Assembly (NCBI GenBank): GCA_028534125.1
Contig: CM052837.1
Span: 23,188,001-23,252,000 of the forward strand
Reading direction: 5' to 3'
DNA from: Lama glama
Lineage: Eukaryota
DNA length: 64,000 bases
The notes beneath the pieces are model-generated. The model was given only the letters and a program-made list of their open reading frames with translations. It was not told the DNA's origin and did not search any database. Shown piece after piece: positions 14,250 through 27,193 of the stretch. Each line of letters begins with the position of its first letter. Within the stretch, counting starts at the first letter, position 1. The position numbers and the translations under genes are program-made.

Positions 14250-16779
14250 CTCTGGGATTTTATTTTCTGATATACTTCTGACAAGAATCAACTCTACCAT
14301 TTCCTAACTGGCAGGGAGTATATCTCACTTAATTTTGCTCAGTCATGAGAAGATAAATTTTTTGGCAACAACAACAGTAATAATAAATCATGGCTCATCT
14401 GCAAAGAGTGCCCTTTCTCCTTCCTCTGCTTTGCTAACCCCCTCTTAGCCTTTGGTAAGACTTAGCTAAAACACTGCCTCCTCCTGGAAGCCTTTGTTGA
14501 CTCCTCACTGCCCTCTTGGATCCAGGCTCTTTATTTCTTCTGTTCTCTGGTGAAATCAGGCTGTTTCTCCTCATTATATTACTTTTCACTGGGAAACAAA
14601 GGAGGCAGTTAATCCAGATTCATTATTTTTACTCTTAAGACTTTTTTCAGATGTCCATAATCCTACTGCCATACTACCCTGACTGAAAAATAATAGCAGG
14701 AGAGAAAAGTAGAAAATTCTGTCACCATGTAAGAGATGGAGGTAATGACACCCACATGTTTCATGTGTAGACATTTAGGAAAATGTCTTATCTTTCTAAA
14801 TGTAGGAGCGTCGTGATGCAGTAAAAACACTTTAAGGTCAGTCATTTCATATTTGAGATTTTGGGGGTAGGGAAGGAATTTTAATTCATTTCAGCAAGTC
14901 TAAAATGAAAGGTTTCTTCTGCTGACCTAATTTTCTCTGCCTTCACGTATACGTAGACCAGCATAAATTTTTAGCCTTAAAAGTGTACCTACAGGCTAAA
15001 TTCGTAGATGTGGATTGATGGGTCAAAAGAGTATTTAAGTTAGTTTTGTTAGGCATTACCAAATTCCCCTTCCATAGGGGTTATATGAACCATATGCACC
15101 TTTTTAGAGATTTTAAGAGGCAAAAATGTGAGATTTAATTAAATTAATACCACCCAGAGTTGCCAAAACTAGAGGTGATACATAAAGCATACATAAAGCC
15201 TTGCATCAAGTGTACCCTTACTAAGGGATGTAACTATCACTCTTGTGTGACATGGGAATAATATTTCCTTATCATAAGAATGGCAAGGAAACTGAGTGTG
15301 ACAATGTTTTTAAGTACTCTAGATTGGTTCTGGCACCTATATTGATGCCCCTTTTCTCTTACTTGCCACTGGCTGTCTGGGTGGTTGTAAACTCCTTGAG
15401 GGCAGAGTCTGTCCTGATGAGTCTTGAGCAGAGTGCTTTGGATTTAAGAATACATTTTAAATGTAAGCTGAGTTGGCCCTCAGAGTATAATTCTGAACCT
15501 AGAAGTAAAAGTTTTATTTTCACATTATCCATCAAGTCCTTGTTTAATGCTAGCCAGCAACTACTCCTGCAATCGAAGACACAGATACTTACCTCTTTTG
15601 TCATTTGGAAATCTCCTTACTTAAAATCTTTGTTAACCTCAAGAAACATCTTAGGTAACAATAACAAAAGATGTGGATTCCTATTCTCTGTATATGTATG
15701 CATTTACTTACCTATCTTTAGGGAGTAACTCTAGTTAAGTCAGAGTGAAAGGAATTACTTGTTACATGTCTTCTGTCTTCTCAAGGCTGCCTTATTTCAG
15801 TGGTCTTCCTCCCATGTCTTCATTTTGAAATTTTGAATGCTGGGGTTTGAAACACTTGTTATCAGGAGATTATTAGGTGACCTGAATTTCTCAATTAATG
15901 AGGTATTCTGGTGATATACAGTGGTTTGCACCTTTCATTTCTAATCTGTCAGTCAACTTCAAAACAGTTCTTTTTGCATTTAACATATGCTTGAAGTGAC
16001 AAGATCTTTTCTCTAAAACGAACAGTATCTATTCTTAGATGAATTCCAGTTAAGGGGGAAAAGTATGTACTAAAAGTAATCTTCAAGGCCATTAGTACGC
16101 TGTCTAGAAACATTTTCACTGTGGGGAATATACATCATCCTGCTCTTACTGGCTTTACTTTTTCACTTATTGGCTTCTCTTCTGACCAACATTTTTAGAT
16201 GTCCCAGTGTTACCTTAAATACAGTATGACTTCAGTTAGTTTCATCATTTCTCCAGTCTTTTTCCTTCTTGTCTTTGTTCTGCACAGCATCAATGCCTTT
16301 TTCGAAGGCACTTCGTTCTCCTAGTCACCTTGACTTAAAGTCTTTGCATCTTCTTTGACACTTCCCTGGCCTTTATTGGATTACACATAGCCAGTGAGTT
16401 CCTGGAACTGATTCTCCTACCATTTTTCCAACATGCTTTTACGTTTTTTTCCTTCCTTCTCAGCCCCTTTGCTGTAACTTTTTTCTAGACTGCTTCAAAA
16501 ACTAGTTACTTTGCTAGTTACCTTGCTTTTACTTTCTACCCACACTGCCCTTCAGTTAATCTTAAGTATGTCTTTTATTTTGTTCCTTTTCTGCTTGAAA
16601 CGGCTCCTTGTCATCCTGAGAGTAGGACACCCTGACTCTTTGGTTAATTTTATCTATCAGACTTTATCACTTACTGCTTCTTAACACAAATCCTCTCTTG
16701 GACTACGCTAGTCTTCCTGCTGTACTCACATAATAAAAATGAGGGATTGGGAAGTATGAAGTTTAAAGATAGTGTTTAA

Positions 16780-16990
16780 TTTTTTACTGTGAAAAGTTTT
16801 AAGCATATTTGGGTAGAGAGTAGTATGGTAAACTCCCATGTATCTTGTCTGCCCACTTCGATAACTATCGGTCTTTTTCCAATCCTGTTTTATCTGTCTT
16901 CATATCCCCCCATTTTTTTGGTCTGAGGGTGTTTTAAAGCTAATTCCAGACATGATTAATCTAGAAGTACTTCGTATGCATCTTTAAAGG
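16780..16990 (-). mobile_element. Ancient L1M 3' UTR fragment
   Basis: ttttactgtgaaaagttttaagcata...gtagagagtagtatggtaaactcccatgta...ttttaaagctaattccagacat...gtacttcgtatgcatct. Confidence 0.6.
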
Positions 16991-18330
16991 TTATTTATCT
17001 ATCAGTTTACCTAGTGTAGATCATTTCTACAGTTGTTTCCTTGTCTATTGGCAATTTAGTTTGTTTACACACTTTTGGTGTTAAGGAGACATCTCATTCC
17101 ACTTTGCGTCCCTGTCTTGTTTCCTCAGAAGGCCCAGTCTGAGTTAAGATATTTGAAGAAGGTGTCATATATTACTCTTTTTGGTACCTGTCACAGCGCA
17201 CATAGCACAATGAGCATATAGTAGACATGTAACTTCTTTTTAAAGTAGGGAAACTTGGGGTTCAGATCTTTGACCTAGACCTTATTTGTATCAGTGAAAT
17301 TTTCAGCTACAACTTCAAATTTCTTACCAGACATTTTGATTTTATGTTTTTGGGTTAGCAACTGTTTTAAAAGGATGGGAGACCTGGCTTTAAAATCAAT
17401 TTTGAGGTTCTGTGCACTTAACAAGATAATGTTTTGGCAGACTGGTTATCTGAAACCTGCCTGGAGTTACATTCAATTTATCTTTTATTTAGTTTTCTTT
17501 TTCTTTAAATTCAGTGCTTTTTAGTGACTTAATAATACTACCTTTTCCTTGTGTACACTAGTACTTGTCACAATAAATTTTTAAAGCCTGGTAATTTTTA
17601 AAAATAACTTTTTTAACATGAAGGTGACTCATCTTGGGAGAACAATTGGACAGCCAGGTGAAGTAAACACACAAAAACTCAAATTGTTTATTAAATTACC
17701 ACCTGAAGATAACTACTTTTAACATTTTGATATCTGTCTTCTAGTCTTTTTTATACATGTTTATGTGTTTGTTGAATTATACACAGAGTGGGGGTGTTTT
17801 TTGTTTGTTTGTTTTTGTATTATGTCCCTGCCATACCCTTTGGCTATAATATCAGATCCTGACATTCTGTTCCTTGTTTAATACTGGCCTATAAACAAAA
17901 TCTAACAACACAGGCTTTGTTCTAGATTATGGTGCTGGTGACTTGTTTTGTCATTGTTACAGTTTTAACCATAAGTGCTAGTTTAGGGCAGACATAATGA
18001 GGGTATTAATTACTGTCAAGTACATAGGGGCCACCAACTTTGTGTATTGGGTTGACTCAGCATTTTGAAATTTTAGACTTGAGATTTTCAGAAGTTGGAG
18101 GATTCTTTCTGCTACATGGAAGATTGGGTTCAAGTCCTAATTCTAACACCATATTTTATTTTTCACACCCCTGTGGTATGAGAATACCTTATAACTAGGG
18201 GTAAGGTCATTGCAAATTTCTGCTTCCTCAGGGCCTGGTACAGAAGAGATACTTAGTGGATTATGCCAAATGTGGCTTCTTTTGCTGTGAGCCAGGAGTA
18301 GGGGAAGCACGCACATTGCCTATTCATTAT

Positions 18331-18812
18331 TGTTAGTTATCTATTGCTGTGAAACATGTTACCTCAAAATTTAGCAGCTTAAAATAACAAACATTTGTTT
18401 TCTCACACAGTTTCTGTGAGCCAGGAATCCAGGAACAGCTTAACTGGGTGGTTTTGGCTCAGGGTCTGAGATTGCAATCATCTGAAGGCTTCACTGAGAC
18501 TGGAGGACCCACTTTCAAGGTGGTTCATTCACATGGCTTTTGTCAGGAAGTTTCAATTCCTCACCACAGGGTACTCTCCATAGAGGTGCTTGAGTGTCCT
18601 AGCAGTTTGGCAGCTGGCTTCCCCGAGAGCAAGGGGAAAGATCCAGTGCCTTTTATGACTTGATGTCAGAAGTTGCATACTGACATTTCTACCTTATCCT
18701 GTTTTTAGGACTGAGTTACTAAGTCCAGCCTATGCTTAAGCAGACGGAAATTAGACTGCACATTGAAAAAAGGAGTATCAAAGAGTCTGTTGGACATATT
18801 TTAAAGCTGTCA
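18331..18812. mobile_element. MLT1 (ERVL-MaLR) solo LTR
   Basis: tgttagttatctattgctgtgaaaca...aaaatttagcagcttaaaataacaaacattt...tctcacacagtttctgtgagccaggaatcc...cactttcaaggtggttcattcacatggc...atattttaaa. Confidence 0.85.
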
Positions 18813-18939
18813 CGTGTGTTAGATACATAAACTTCAATTGATTATTTCAGTTGATTCATAGTCAACATTGTAGTGACCTGACCACAGTGAGCCTCATTTT
18901 TAATAGGCCCTTATGTTAATTCTGATACATCACTAACCT

Positions 18940-20592
18940 AAAAAAGTGGAGAGAGATAACCATGTTCATGGATCAAAAGACACAGTGATATTTTGATGTC
19001 TTGTCTCTTCAGATTGTCCTATGAACACAAGTTTCCAGCTGACTTTTTTTTTTTTAAAGAAATTGACAAACTGAATCTAAAGTATATATGGAAATACAGA
19101 AGACATGGAATAGCCAAAGTTTTTTAAAAAGAATAAAACTGAAGTGCTTACATTACTTGATATTAAGACTTACTATGGAAAAAAAATAAAGGCCCTACTG
19201 TCAAGATGTCAAGATGTCAAGTGTTTGTATAAGGATAAAATAGGCTCCAGAAACAGATCTGCAATTATGTGGTAACTTCATTTTCAGGAAGGAGGTCCAA
19301 GGCAATTCATTGGGGAAAGGGCAGTCTTTTCAAAAAATGGTGCTAGAACAACTGGACATCTTCATAGATAAAAAAAGAAGTACCCTGTCCCTTACCTATA
19401 TAAAACCCTTAGGAAAAAGAATATTCACAGTACACATACCTAACCAAAAAATTGTAATGCATAATGTAAAAAGGACTCTTAGAACTCATTAATAAGAAGA
19501 CAAATATTTTTGAAATACGGGAAAGATTTTTTTAAATGTATTTTTATTGAAGTATAGTCAGTTTCCAATGTGTCAATTTCTGGTGTATAGCACAATACTT
19601 CAGTCACATGGGAACATACACATGTTCGTTTTCATATTCTTTTTCACCATAGGTTACTGCATGATATTGAATACAGTTCCCTGTGCTATACAGTGTAAAC
19701 TTGTTTATCTATCTTATGTATATTAGTGTCTGCAAATCTATAACTCTGGAATGGGGTAAGATTTGAAAGGATACTTCACTAAGGAAAACATATGAATGAG
19801 CAGTAAGCACACAAAAAGATACTCATCATTTAATCAGCAAACTGGATTAAAACCTCAGTGAGTTACCACTATACACTTTCTAGAATGGCTAAGATTAAAG
19901 ACTGATAATACTAGGTGTTGGTGAGAATTTGTAGCAGTTCAAACTCTAATGCATTGTTGATGGGTATGTATAATGGTACAATCACTTCAAAACAAAGTTT
20001 GTCAGATTCCTAAAAAGTTAAGCTATTTACTGTATGACTCAATAACTTCACTACTAAGTATGTACCCAATAGGAATGAAAACATGTCTACACAAAGACTT
20101 GAATGTTCTTGGCGGATTTATTCATAAAATCCAATGCCTGGAAATAATGCTAATATCCATCAGCAGGTGGATGGATAGATTAAATTATAGCATATCCACA
20201 CAATGGAATACCACTCAGTATTAAAATCTAACCAACTACTGATTCATCCAGCAACATGGTTAAATGTCAGAAATATGCTGAGTGAAAGAAGTCCAGACAC
20301 AAAAGAGTAATAAATCCTATATAATTTTATTCATTTGAGACTAGAAATCTAAACAAATCTAATCCACTGTGCTGGCAGATCAGTGATTGCTTCCGGTTAT
20401 GGGGTGGAAAATGGGGATTGACTGGGAATGGGCACAAGGGAGACTTCCCGGGGTAATGGAATTGTTGTAAATCTTGATTGTGGTAGAGATTATATCTGTG
20501 CATATGTTTACTAGACTTATCACACTGTATCTTTGAGATGTGTATGTTTTACTGTGTAGAAATTTTGTACTTCATTAAATTTGATTTAAAAA
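18940..20592 (+). mobile_element. Old L1M (L1MC/MD-like): deleted ORF2 3' half plus 3' UTR
   Basis: ORF2 remnants (aaatggagaga...catgttcatggat; gaaattgacaaactga; cttttcaaaaaatggtgctagaacaactggacat) and 3' UTR (tgagtgaaagaagtccagacacaaaagagta...tcttgattgtggt...tacttcattaaatttgatttaaaa). Confidence 0.85.
19530..19747 (-). mobile_element. Younger 5'-truncated L1 3' end (cetartiodactyl/camelid type) nested in the old L1
   Basis: tttattgaagtatagtcagtttccaatgtgtcaatttctggtgtatagca...atattgaatacagttccctgtgctatacag. Imperfect TSD gaaatacgggaaagattt / ggaatggggtaagattt. Confidence 0.8.
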
Positions 20593-20978
20593 CAGTTATG
20601 TCTCAAGGTTTGGATTTTCCAGAAGTTACATAGATAACCGTCTGATCTTGAGAATCAGTGTTCAAGATTTATCCCTTTGAATCATTTATTGCTTAGTCTT
20701 TATAGTATCAGATCTAGGGAGAAGAATGCCAAGTACTTCTACAGTAGAATTGGCTCCACTCTTCCTGTATACTTACAACACATCTTGGTTTTAGAAGCAG
20801 GGTAAATGGATGCCTTGTCTGGACTGCTTTGTGAAATCTTTCCTTTCAGTGGAATGTGCCGTTATGGCTGCCATGCCATTTAAATCCTGTCATTGTGCTT
20901 CTTGACCAGCTTGTCAAGGTAGGTGGGCAAGAGATAGCTCATGACTCCTCTTAACTGACTCACGTCTTATGGTTGCAG

Positions 20979-21081
20979 ATTCTCATAAACACAAAGATAA
21001 ACATAAAGATCGAGAACACCGGCACAAAGAGCACAAAAAGGACAAGGAAAAGGACCGAGAGAAGTCCAAGCATAGCAACAG
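20979..21081 (+). CDS. TOP1: TOP1 exon 3 (103 nt): (D)SHKHKDKHKDREHRHKEHKKDKEKDREKSKHSN(S)
   Basis: ttgcag|ATTCTCAT...AACAG|gtaagg; His/Lys/Asp-rich N-terminal sequence; phase 1 to 2. Confidence 0.97.
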
Positions 21082-21414
21082 GTAAGGGTTGAACCAGCAA
21101 GTCCCTTATCATTCACCAGTGGTTTGGCTGTGATTTGGCTCACCTGGAATAGTCTTGAACTTGAGCCATAGGTAAATAGCATGGATAGCAAAGTAAGCAG
21201 AGACTTGATTCCAGAGTTGTGAAGAGGAGACCTTGGTAATTCAGGTCTAACTGGGCATACCATTGTTCAGATCAGGATGTACAAAGCAAGTATGGTGAAT
21301 TGTTAACGCATAATGGCATTTAATCAAGTATCCAGGGAGCTTGATAAAAGATGACTAGATTAGAGACTTGCTATTTTTTTTTTCTTTCTGTACTTCAAAG
21401 GATATAAATGTAAA

Positions 21415-21561
21415 AAGTCTTAACTTGGGATTCCATGGTCTGTGAGCCCCTGAAATCATATGCAGATGGTTGGGTATATGAGATTTTCCTAGAGAGAACA
21501 TTCCTAGTTTTCATCATGTTATCAAAGGGGCTTAGCTCTCAGAAAAGCCAGTGACCACCAG
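21415..21561. mobile_element. Degenerate hAT-Charlie MITE
   Basis: tcttaacttgggattccatgg...tagttttcatcatgttatcaaagggg...gaccaccag. Confidence 0.5.
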
Positions 21562-21573
21562 TATATATGAAAC

Positions 21574-21620
21574 TCAGTAGTGCTCTCTCTGGAATTCAGT
21601 AGTGCTCTCCCTGGAATTCA
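21574..21620. repeat. 22-bp tandem duplication
   Basis: tcagtagtgctctctctggaat followed by tcagtagtgctctccctggaat (1 mismatch). Confidence 0.95.
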
Positions 21621-22249
21621 AAAGGGATCAGAAAGATGTTTTCTTGTTTGTTTTGCTGCCATTTTTTGGTGTAGGAGGCAAGTGGTCAAGCCCAGAGACT
21701 TAGGATATCTCTGGATATAGGACCATTTGTTGAAAATGAGGACTTCCACTTCAATTTGAGTTAAAGGCAGTTGTTGGTGAGAACGTCAAATAGTGGTGGA
21801 AGGCCTAATATTCCCATAGTGGTCTTTGTTAGAAGGGAGCATAAAGTTCAGTCATTTATTGGAACAAGTACCTCTGGCCTAGAGTCTCTTAGAACTACTT
21901 CATTAGTTTGGCTTACTGTCTGTAAACAAGTTAAAGTGAGAATTGCTTTCTAAGTCTGTTCTAAAAAGAATCATTAAAGTGAATCATTAACACTTCAAAA
22001 ATATTTTTAATGAAATTGTTAATGAATAAGTCTTTATGAACCATTAAAATAACCAGATTAATATTCTCTAGTGGGGGTGTTTCTTCACAAACCATCTACC
22101 ACTCCTGTGGTCTTTTCTTATCCACCACTCATTTCTTATCACTTCAGTATCTAGTTTCCATTTTCACTAGTCTAGTGAATTTAATCTTTGTAGTTGAATC
22201 CAATCAACTCACATGTATCTTTTCTTCTCCAGTTTATAGTTGCCCAGCC

Positions 22250-22632
22250 TATATTAGTATCTACCAAAGTAGATTTGAAAGCAAAGAATATTGCCAAGAA
22301 TAAAGAAGTTCATTTCATGGTGATAAAAGGGGACCAATTAATCAGGAGAACGTAAAATAACAGTTACAAATATTTATACACTGATGTCAGAGCCTCAAAC
22401 TACATGAAGTAAAAACTGATAGAACTGCAAAGAGAAATAAACAGTCCATATTTATAGTCAGATTTTACTACCTCTTTCTCAGTTGTTAGGATAAGCAGAG
22501 AAAAAATCATTAAGGTTGTAGAAGACTTTGAACATCATCAACCAATCTGATTTAATTGACATTTATAGAATATTACAGTCATCAGCAGAATACACATGGA
22601 CCATTTGCCAGGATATAGCATATTCTGGGCCC
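22250..22632 (+). mobile_element. L1 ORF2 endonuclease-region remnant
   Basis: ataaagaagttcatttcatggtgataaaaggg...tacatgaagtaaaaactgatagaactgcaaagagaaataaaca...atttaattgacatttatagaa...cagcagaatacacat. Confidence 0.75.
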
Positions 22633-22862
22633 AGGCCTCCTCCTTAAAACCACCTTCCCTTGTCTTTCATGCCTCCATTTTTTTCCCCATCTTTCTGGCT
22701 ACCTTTTTAATCTCCTTCCAATTTCCAGAGTGATTCTCTTAACAGTCTTTGGCTCTCTTCCTCTGCCATCTCTCTTGCCAATTACCGTTATGTTCCATTT
22801 CTCATCTCCTTGAACTTCTTTTAAGTTTCTCAGACACAGCGTGTCTTCTGAATACCCATAGG

Positions 22863-23028
22863 TTTTTTGGTAAATTTTGTTGTTTTTGTTGTTGTTTGTG
22901 GTGGGGAGGTGGGGAAGGGTGTGGTAATTAGGATTATTTATTGATTTTTATTGGAGAGACACCGGGTTTTGAACCCAGGAGCTTGTGCATGCTAGGCATG
23001 CAGTCTACCACTGAGTTATACCCTCCCC
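22863..23028 (-). mobile_element. tRNA-derived SINE, camelid Vic-1-like (more diverged)
   Basis: The minus strand reads ggggagggtataactcagtggtagactgcatgcctagcatgcac...gggttcaaaacc...cctaattacc. Degenerate TSD tgaatacccatag / tgaatacctttag. Confidence 0.85.
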
Positions 23029-23049
23029 TCTTGAATACCTTTAGATTTT

Positions 23050-23378
23050 AAACATGCTGTTACTGGTTCTAGAATACACTGTTTCCCTCTTAATATTATT
23101 TTAGTTGCAGCTTAGACTTTATTTTTTTCAGGCATCCTTTCTGCCCACCCCTCCTCATGTAAATGCCACTTCTGTGTGTTCTCTGGCACCTTGAATATAT
23201 TCCTATCACAGTAATTACCAAATTGTGTTGGTGTTGTAAAATGTCTATTTACTTTTCTGTGTGTCCTGTTAAACTCTTAAGGTCCTTGGGAGCAGGGCTG
23301 GCGTCTGTTGTATTCATTTTACATCCTCAAGGCTTAACTTAGTAGTATATATTTATTGAATCAATGGGTGGATGATCA
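23050..23378 (+). mobile_element. L2 3' region
   Basis: catgctgttactggttctagaatacact...ccttgggagcagggctggcgtctgttgtattcattttacatcctca...atttattgaatcaatgggtggatga. Confidence 0.6.
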
Positions 23379-23479
23379 GTGGCTCCATCAATTACCATTG
23401 CCTTTCCTCTTTTAACATATTTTCAATGTTCTATAGGGTAGTTCCCTTTGGCCATCCCATGTTTCAAACACTTTTGTGT

Positions 23480-24423
23480 GTTTGTGGTGAAATATGCATG
23501 ACATAAGTTTGCCATTTTGAAGTGGTGTTATGTATATTCACCATATTGTACAACTGTCACCAGTATCCATTTCTAGAACTTATTCATAATAATAATAATA
23601 ATCTCTGAACTTCCTAAATAATACCTCCTCATTCCCCTTCCCCTCATCCCTTGTCAGCATCTGTTCTGCTTTCAGTCTCTGCATGTTTCCATTCTAGATA
23701 CCTCATGTAAGTAGAATCATAAAATACTTGTCCTTTTTCCCTCAGCATAATGTTTTCAAAGTTTATCCNNNNNNNNNNNNNNNNNNNNNNNNNNNNNNNN
23801 NNNNNNNNNNNNNNNNNNNNNNNNNNNNNNNNNNNNNNNNNNNNNNNNNNNNNNNNNNNNNNNNNNNNNNNNNNNNNNNNNNNNNNNNNNNNNNNNNNNN
23901 NNNNNNNNNNNNNNNNNNNNNNNNNNNNNNNNNNNNNNNNNNNNNNNNNNNNNNNNNNNNNNNNNNNNNNNNNNNNNNNNNNNNNNNNNNNNNNNNNNNN
24001 NNNNNNNNNNNNNNNNNNNNNNNNNNNNNNNNNNNNNNNNNNNNNNNNNNNNNNNNNNNNNNNNNNNNNNNNNNNNNNNNNNNNNNNNNNNNNNNNNNNN
24101 NNNNNNNNNNNNNNNNNNNNNNNNNNNNNNNNNNNNNNNNNNNNNNNNNNNNNNNNNNNNNNNNNNNNNNNNNNNNNNNNNNNNNNNNNNNNNNNNNNNN
24201 NNNNNNNNNNNNNNNNNNNNNNNNNNNNNNNNNNNNNNNNNNNNNNNNNNNNNNNNNNNNNNNNNNNNTTATTTTTTTCTTATTGAGTCGTATGAGCTGC
24301 TTATATATTTTGGAGATCAAGCCTTTGTCGGTTTCACTTGCAAAAATTTTCTCCCATTCCGTAGGTTTTCTTCTTGTTTTATTTCTGGTTTCCTTTGCTC
24401 TGCAGAAGCTTGTAGATGTGTAC
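23480..24423 (-). mobile_element. L1 fragments around a 500-N gap: older L1MB-like 3' UTR (23480-23768) and younger L1 ORF2 piece (24269-24423)
   Basis: tgtggtgaaatatgcatgacataagtttgccattt...tacctcatgtaagtagaatcat; minus-strand peptide [15 protein letters not shown] is typical of the L1 ORF2 C-terminus. Confidence 0.8.
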
Positions 24424-26904
24424 NNNNNNNNNNNNNNNNNNNNNNNNNNNNNNNNNNNNNNNNNNNNNNNNNNNNNNNNNNNNNNNNNNNNNNNNNNNNN
24501 NNNNNNNNNNNNNNNNNNNNNNNNNNNNNNNNNNNNNNNNNNNNNNNNNNNNNNNNNNNNNNNNNNNNNNNNNNNNNNNNNATGTCAAATGAGTATTTTT
24601 GTCTTCCTAGTCATGTTTATGATGTGCTAGTTGATGTGAAGTGCCAAAATACAAGATAGTCTTGACCATGAAGAACTTCATCATCTGAGGAAAATCCTTA
24701 TAGATGAGATGAAGAAATACTAATTTTTATGTTAACTGAAATCTGTCCAAAAAGACTTTAAAAAGATAGAAGTTAATATTTAACACATAAGCTTTTGAAA
24801 ATGGATCTTTTATTCTCTGACACAATTGTACTTCACCAACCATAATTCGCACCTGTGATGGGAGAAAAGATTGGGTAAAAGTGGCATAAAAGGCTTTGAA
24901 ACATAAAGTTTGGTCCTGCCCTGTTTTACCAGAATCTCCTTTTTAAAAATAAAAGATTTGGTTTTGACATCATTTTTCTTGAAAAGTTCATAGTAGCTTA
25001 CTTGCCTCTGTCTAGGGGAAGGCCTTCTGGTTCTGGTCTGTCTACTTAGGTCTTAAGTGATTTGACTAGATTCCCTAACCTCCACTGCGCTTCCTCATCT
25101 TCTTAGTTTTCTCATGTTAGTACATGCTTCAGAAGAGATACTGGGAGTCAGTACATATAAAAACTCTTTAACTGTGAACTGCTCTACAAGTGTGAGGAGA
25201 TAATATTTTGTACATCTATTTAATAAGTACATATTTTTCCAAGATTATAGCATAGGCAAATTCAGAAATTTGTTCTATACAGTTTTGTGCCTTGTAATAT
25301 TTTCTTCGATTCTAATCAAAATACGAGAAAATAATAGCCTGTTTGCCAAGAGGCTTGGAAGAACCTGGCCTGAGTTTCTGTTTACATATGACTAAATCTA
25401 GCCCTGGACCTCTAATTCACATATGAGTAAGTTTAAGACAGTTTACCCAGATGATGTGTTGTAAGCAGACTTTTAAGTACTTCCTGTTTTGACTTCTACC
25501 GACACACACCACCTCTTTGCAACAAAGCAAGTGTTTTGGTTATAGTCCAGTAAAATCCTGTACACCATGTTCCTTTTAAGTGATTTCTGATCTTTCTATA
25601 GTTTTGGGTTTCTTCATTTTCCTTCTGCAGCACATTAAGGAAACCTTGAGGATTGCTTGATCACCTCTGAAGTGCAAAATAATCAAGATTTAGCATGTTC
25701 TGTTCCAAAATGTTTCATTTTATTTTAACACTTTGCTCTTTAACCCTGCCTATTTTGGTGGCTATTTATTATGAGGAAACAAGTTTTCCACTAGAGTGTT
25801 TCTATGTTCCTTCCTTCTCTGCTAGATATTAGCATCATTTTTCATTATGCTACACTTAGGACCCAAATCCAGGAGGCCTCTTTCTCCTGGCTAGTAACAT
25901 GCACTGCATACTTGGAGTGTCAGAGCATGGGAAACCAGCCTTTCTGAGACAGAATGGGATGTAGAACTCGTCTCAGGAGATCCAATCTTATTCATATGCT
26001 TTCTTTTTTACTGTTCTCATTCAGGGTGCAAAATAAGGGGTGAGTATTAAGATCATTACATCTCATCTCTTTTTTGTATGGACAGGAGTCTGAGGTGACA
26101 TGCCCAAAGTCACATGGCAGTGTGGTGGCAGAGATGAGATGAGAGACTAGAGCTTCTGAGTCCTAGTATGATTTTCTCCTACTACTTTGTTTCTTCCAGT
26201 AAACAAACAAGCAAACAAATTTCCCTCCCTGAGGAAGGTTATTTGTGTAGCTAAACTGTCTGAGTATAAATGCAAGCACTTCTTTCTCAGATGCACATAG
26301 GTAAGTTTTAAGATGCCTGATCATTTCAAGTGCTGCCTCTCTCGGGACCCCAGATCCCTAAAGTTTTTGTCACTAGAAATATTAATCTCATTAAATTCTG
26401 ACCCAGTGAAAACCCTGTCTCTGATTATCTGGCCTATAACATCACAAGAAGAGTTTACACTGAAGTGAAATAAAACTAATTTCTTCTATTACTTATCTCT
26501 GATACTGCTTCTTTCTGTTAGCATCGATATTTATCACTTCAGGTTCTTCTAAGAAAGAAATAAATCCTCTTAAAAGGAACATAGAATACTCTTACCCAGA
26601 TGATAAGGAATCACTGGGCTTGTAGGATCTCACTAGATATTTCTCTTGAAATGTTGCATTCTTGGCATAAATCATCTTTAATGGTAGACCTCTTATATGT
26701 ACAACATTATTAAAAGCAATCACATTTAAAAGATGTGTTTACTGCTTTTTTGGTGAGCTGTTTGCTGAAGTTCTCCATTCAACTACACATCCCTATATCA
26801 TCCTGTCTGGGGCAGATGGACAACTAACATAGGTAAGTAGAGAAGTTGAGTAGCTTAGAAATAAGGAAACTGAGTACCATCACTATTCACATAAGAATCA
26901 ATAT

Positions 26905-27135
26905 GATACAGTGAAAAGCACACTAAAGTAGAAGTCAAGAGTTCAGGTTCTGTCATTTACTAGCTGTGTGTCCTTGCCTAAGCTGCTTAACTTTTGGGAC
27001 TTTTTCCATTTTGGTTAAGTGTTGTTAGCAATTCTAGCCTGGTCAAGCGTTCAGGTCTGTTGGGGGAGAATTCAATGTAATTATGCAGATAAAAGCTCTT
27101 TGGAAAACTGTAACATACTAAATTGATGATGATTA
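26905..27135 (+). mobile_element. MIR SINE
   Basis: cagtgaaaagcacactaaagtagaagtcaagagttcaggttctgtcatttactagctgtgtgtccttgcctaagctgcttaac. Confidence 0.7.
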
Positions 27136-27164
27136 CCTCAAAGCCTAGTAGAATATCATTCAGA

Positions 27165-27193
27165 TAAATTGGAGCTGTTAAATTGGAGCTGTT
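27165..27193. repeat. 14-bp perfect tandem duplication
   Basis: (taaattggagctgt)x2. Confidence 0.95.

Noticed and set aside
15243-15728. 161-aa ORF in intron 2 and the other short ORFs in the track
   Set aside because: No recognisable domain, composition typical of AT-rich intron, many non-ATG starts, and overlap with decayed repeats.
21574-21620. CRISPR-like or other prokaryotic repeat array
   Set aside because: Only a two-copy tandem duplication without spacers, in eukaryotic intronic DNA.
23728-24630. Long ORFs spanning N runs (also near 33.4, 42.5 and 50.8-51.4 kb)
   Set aside because: Artefacts of translating N as X.
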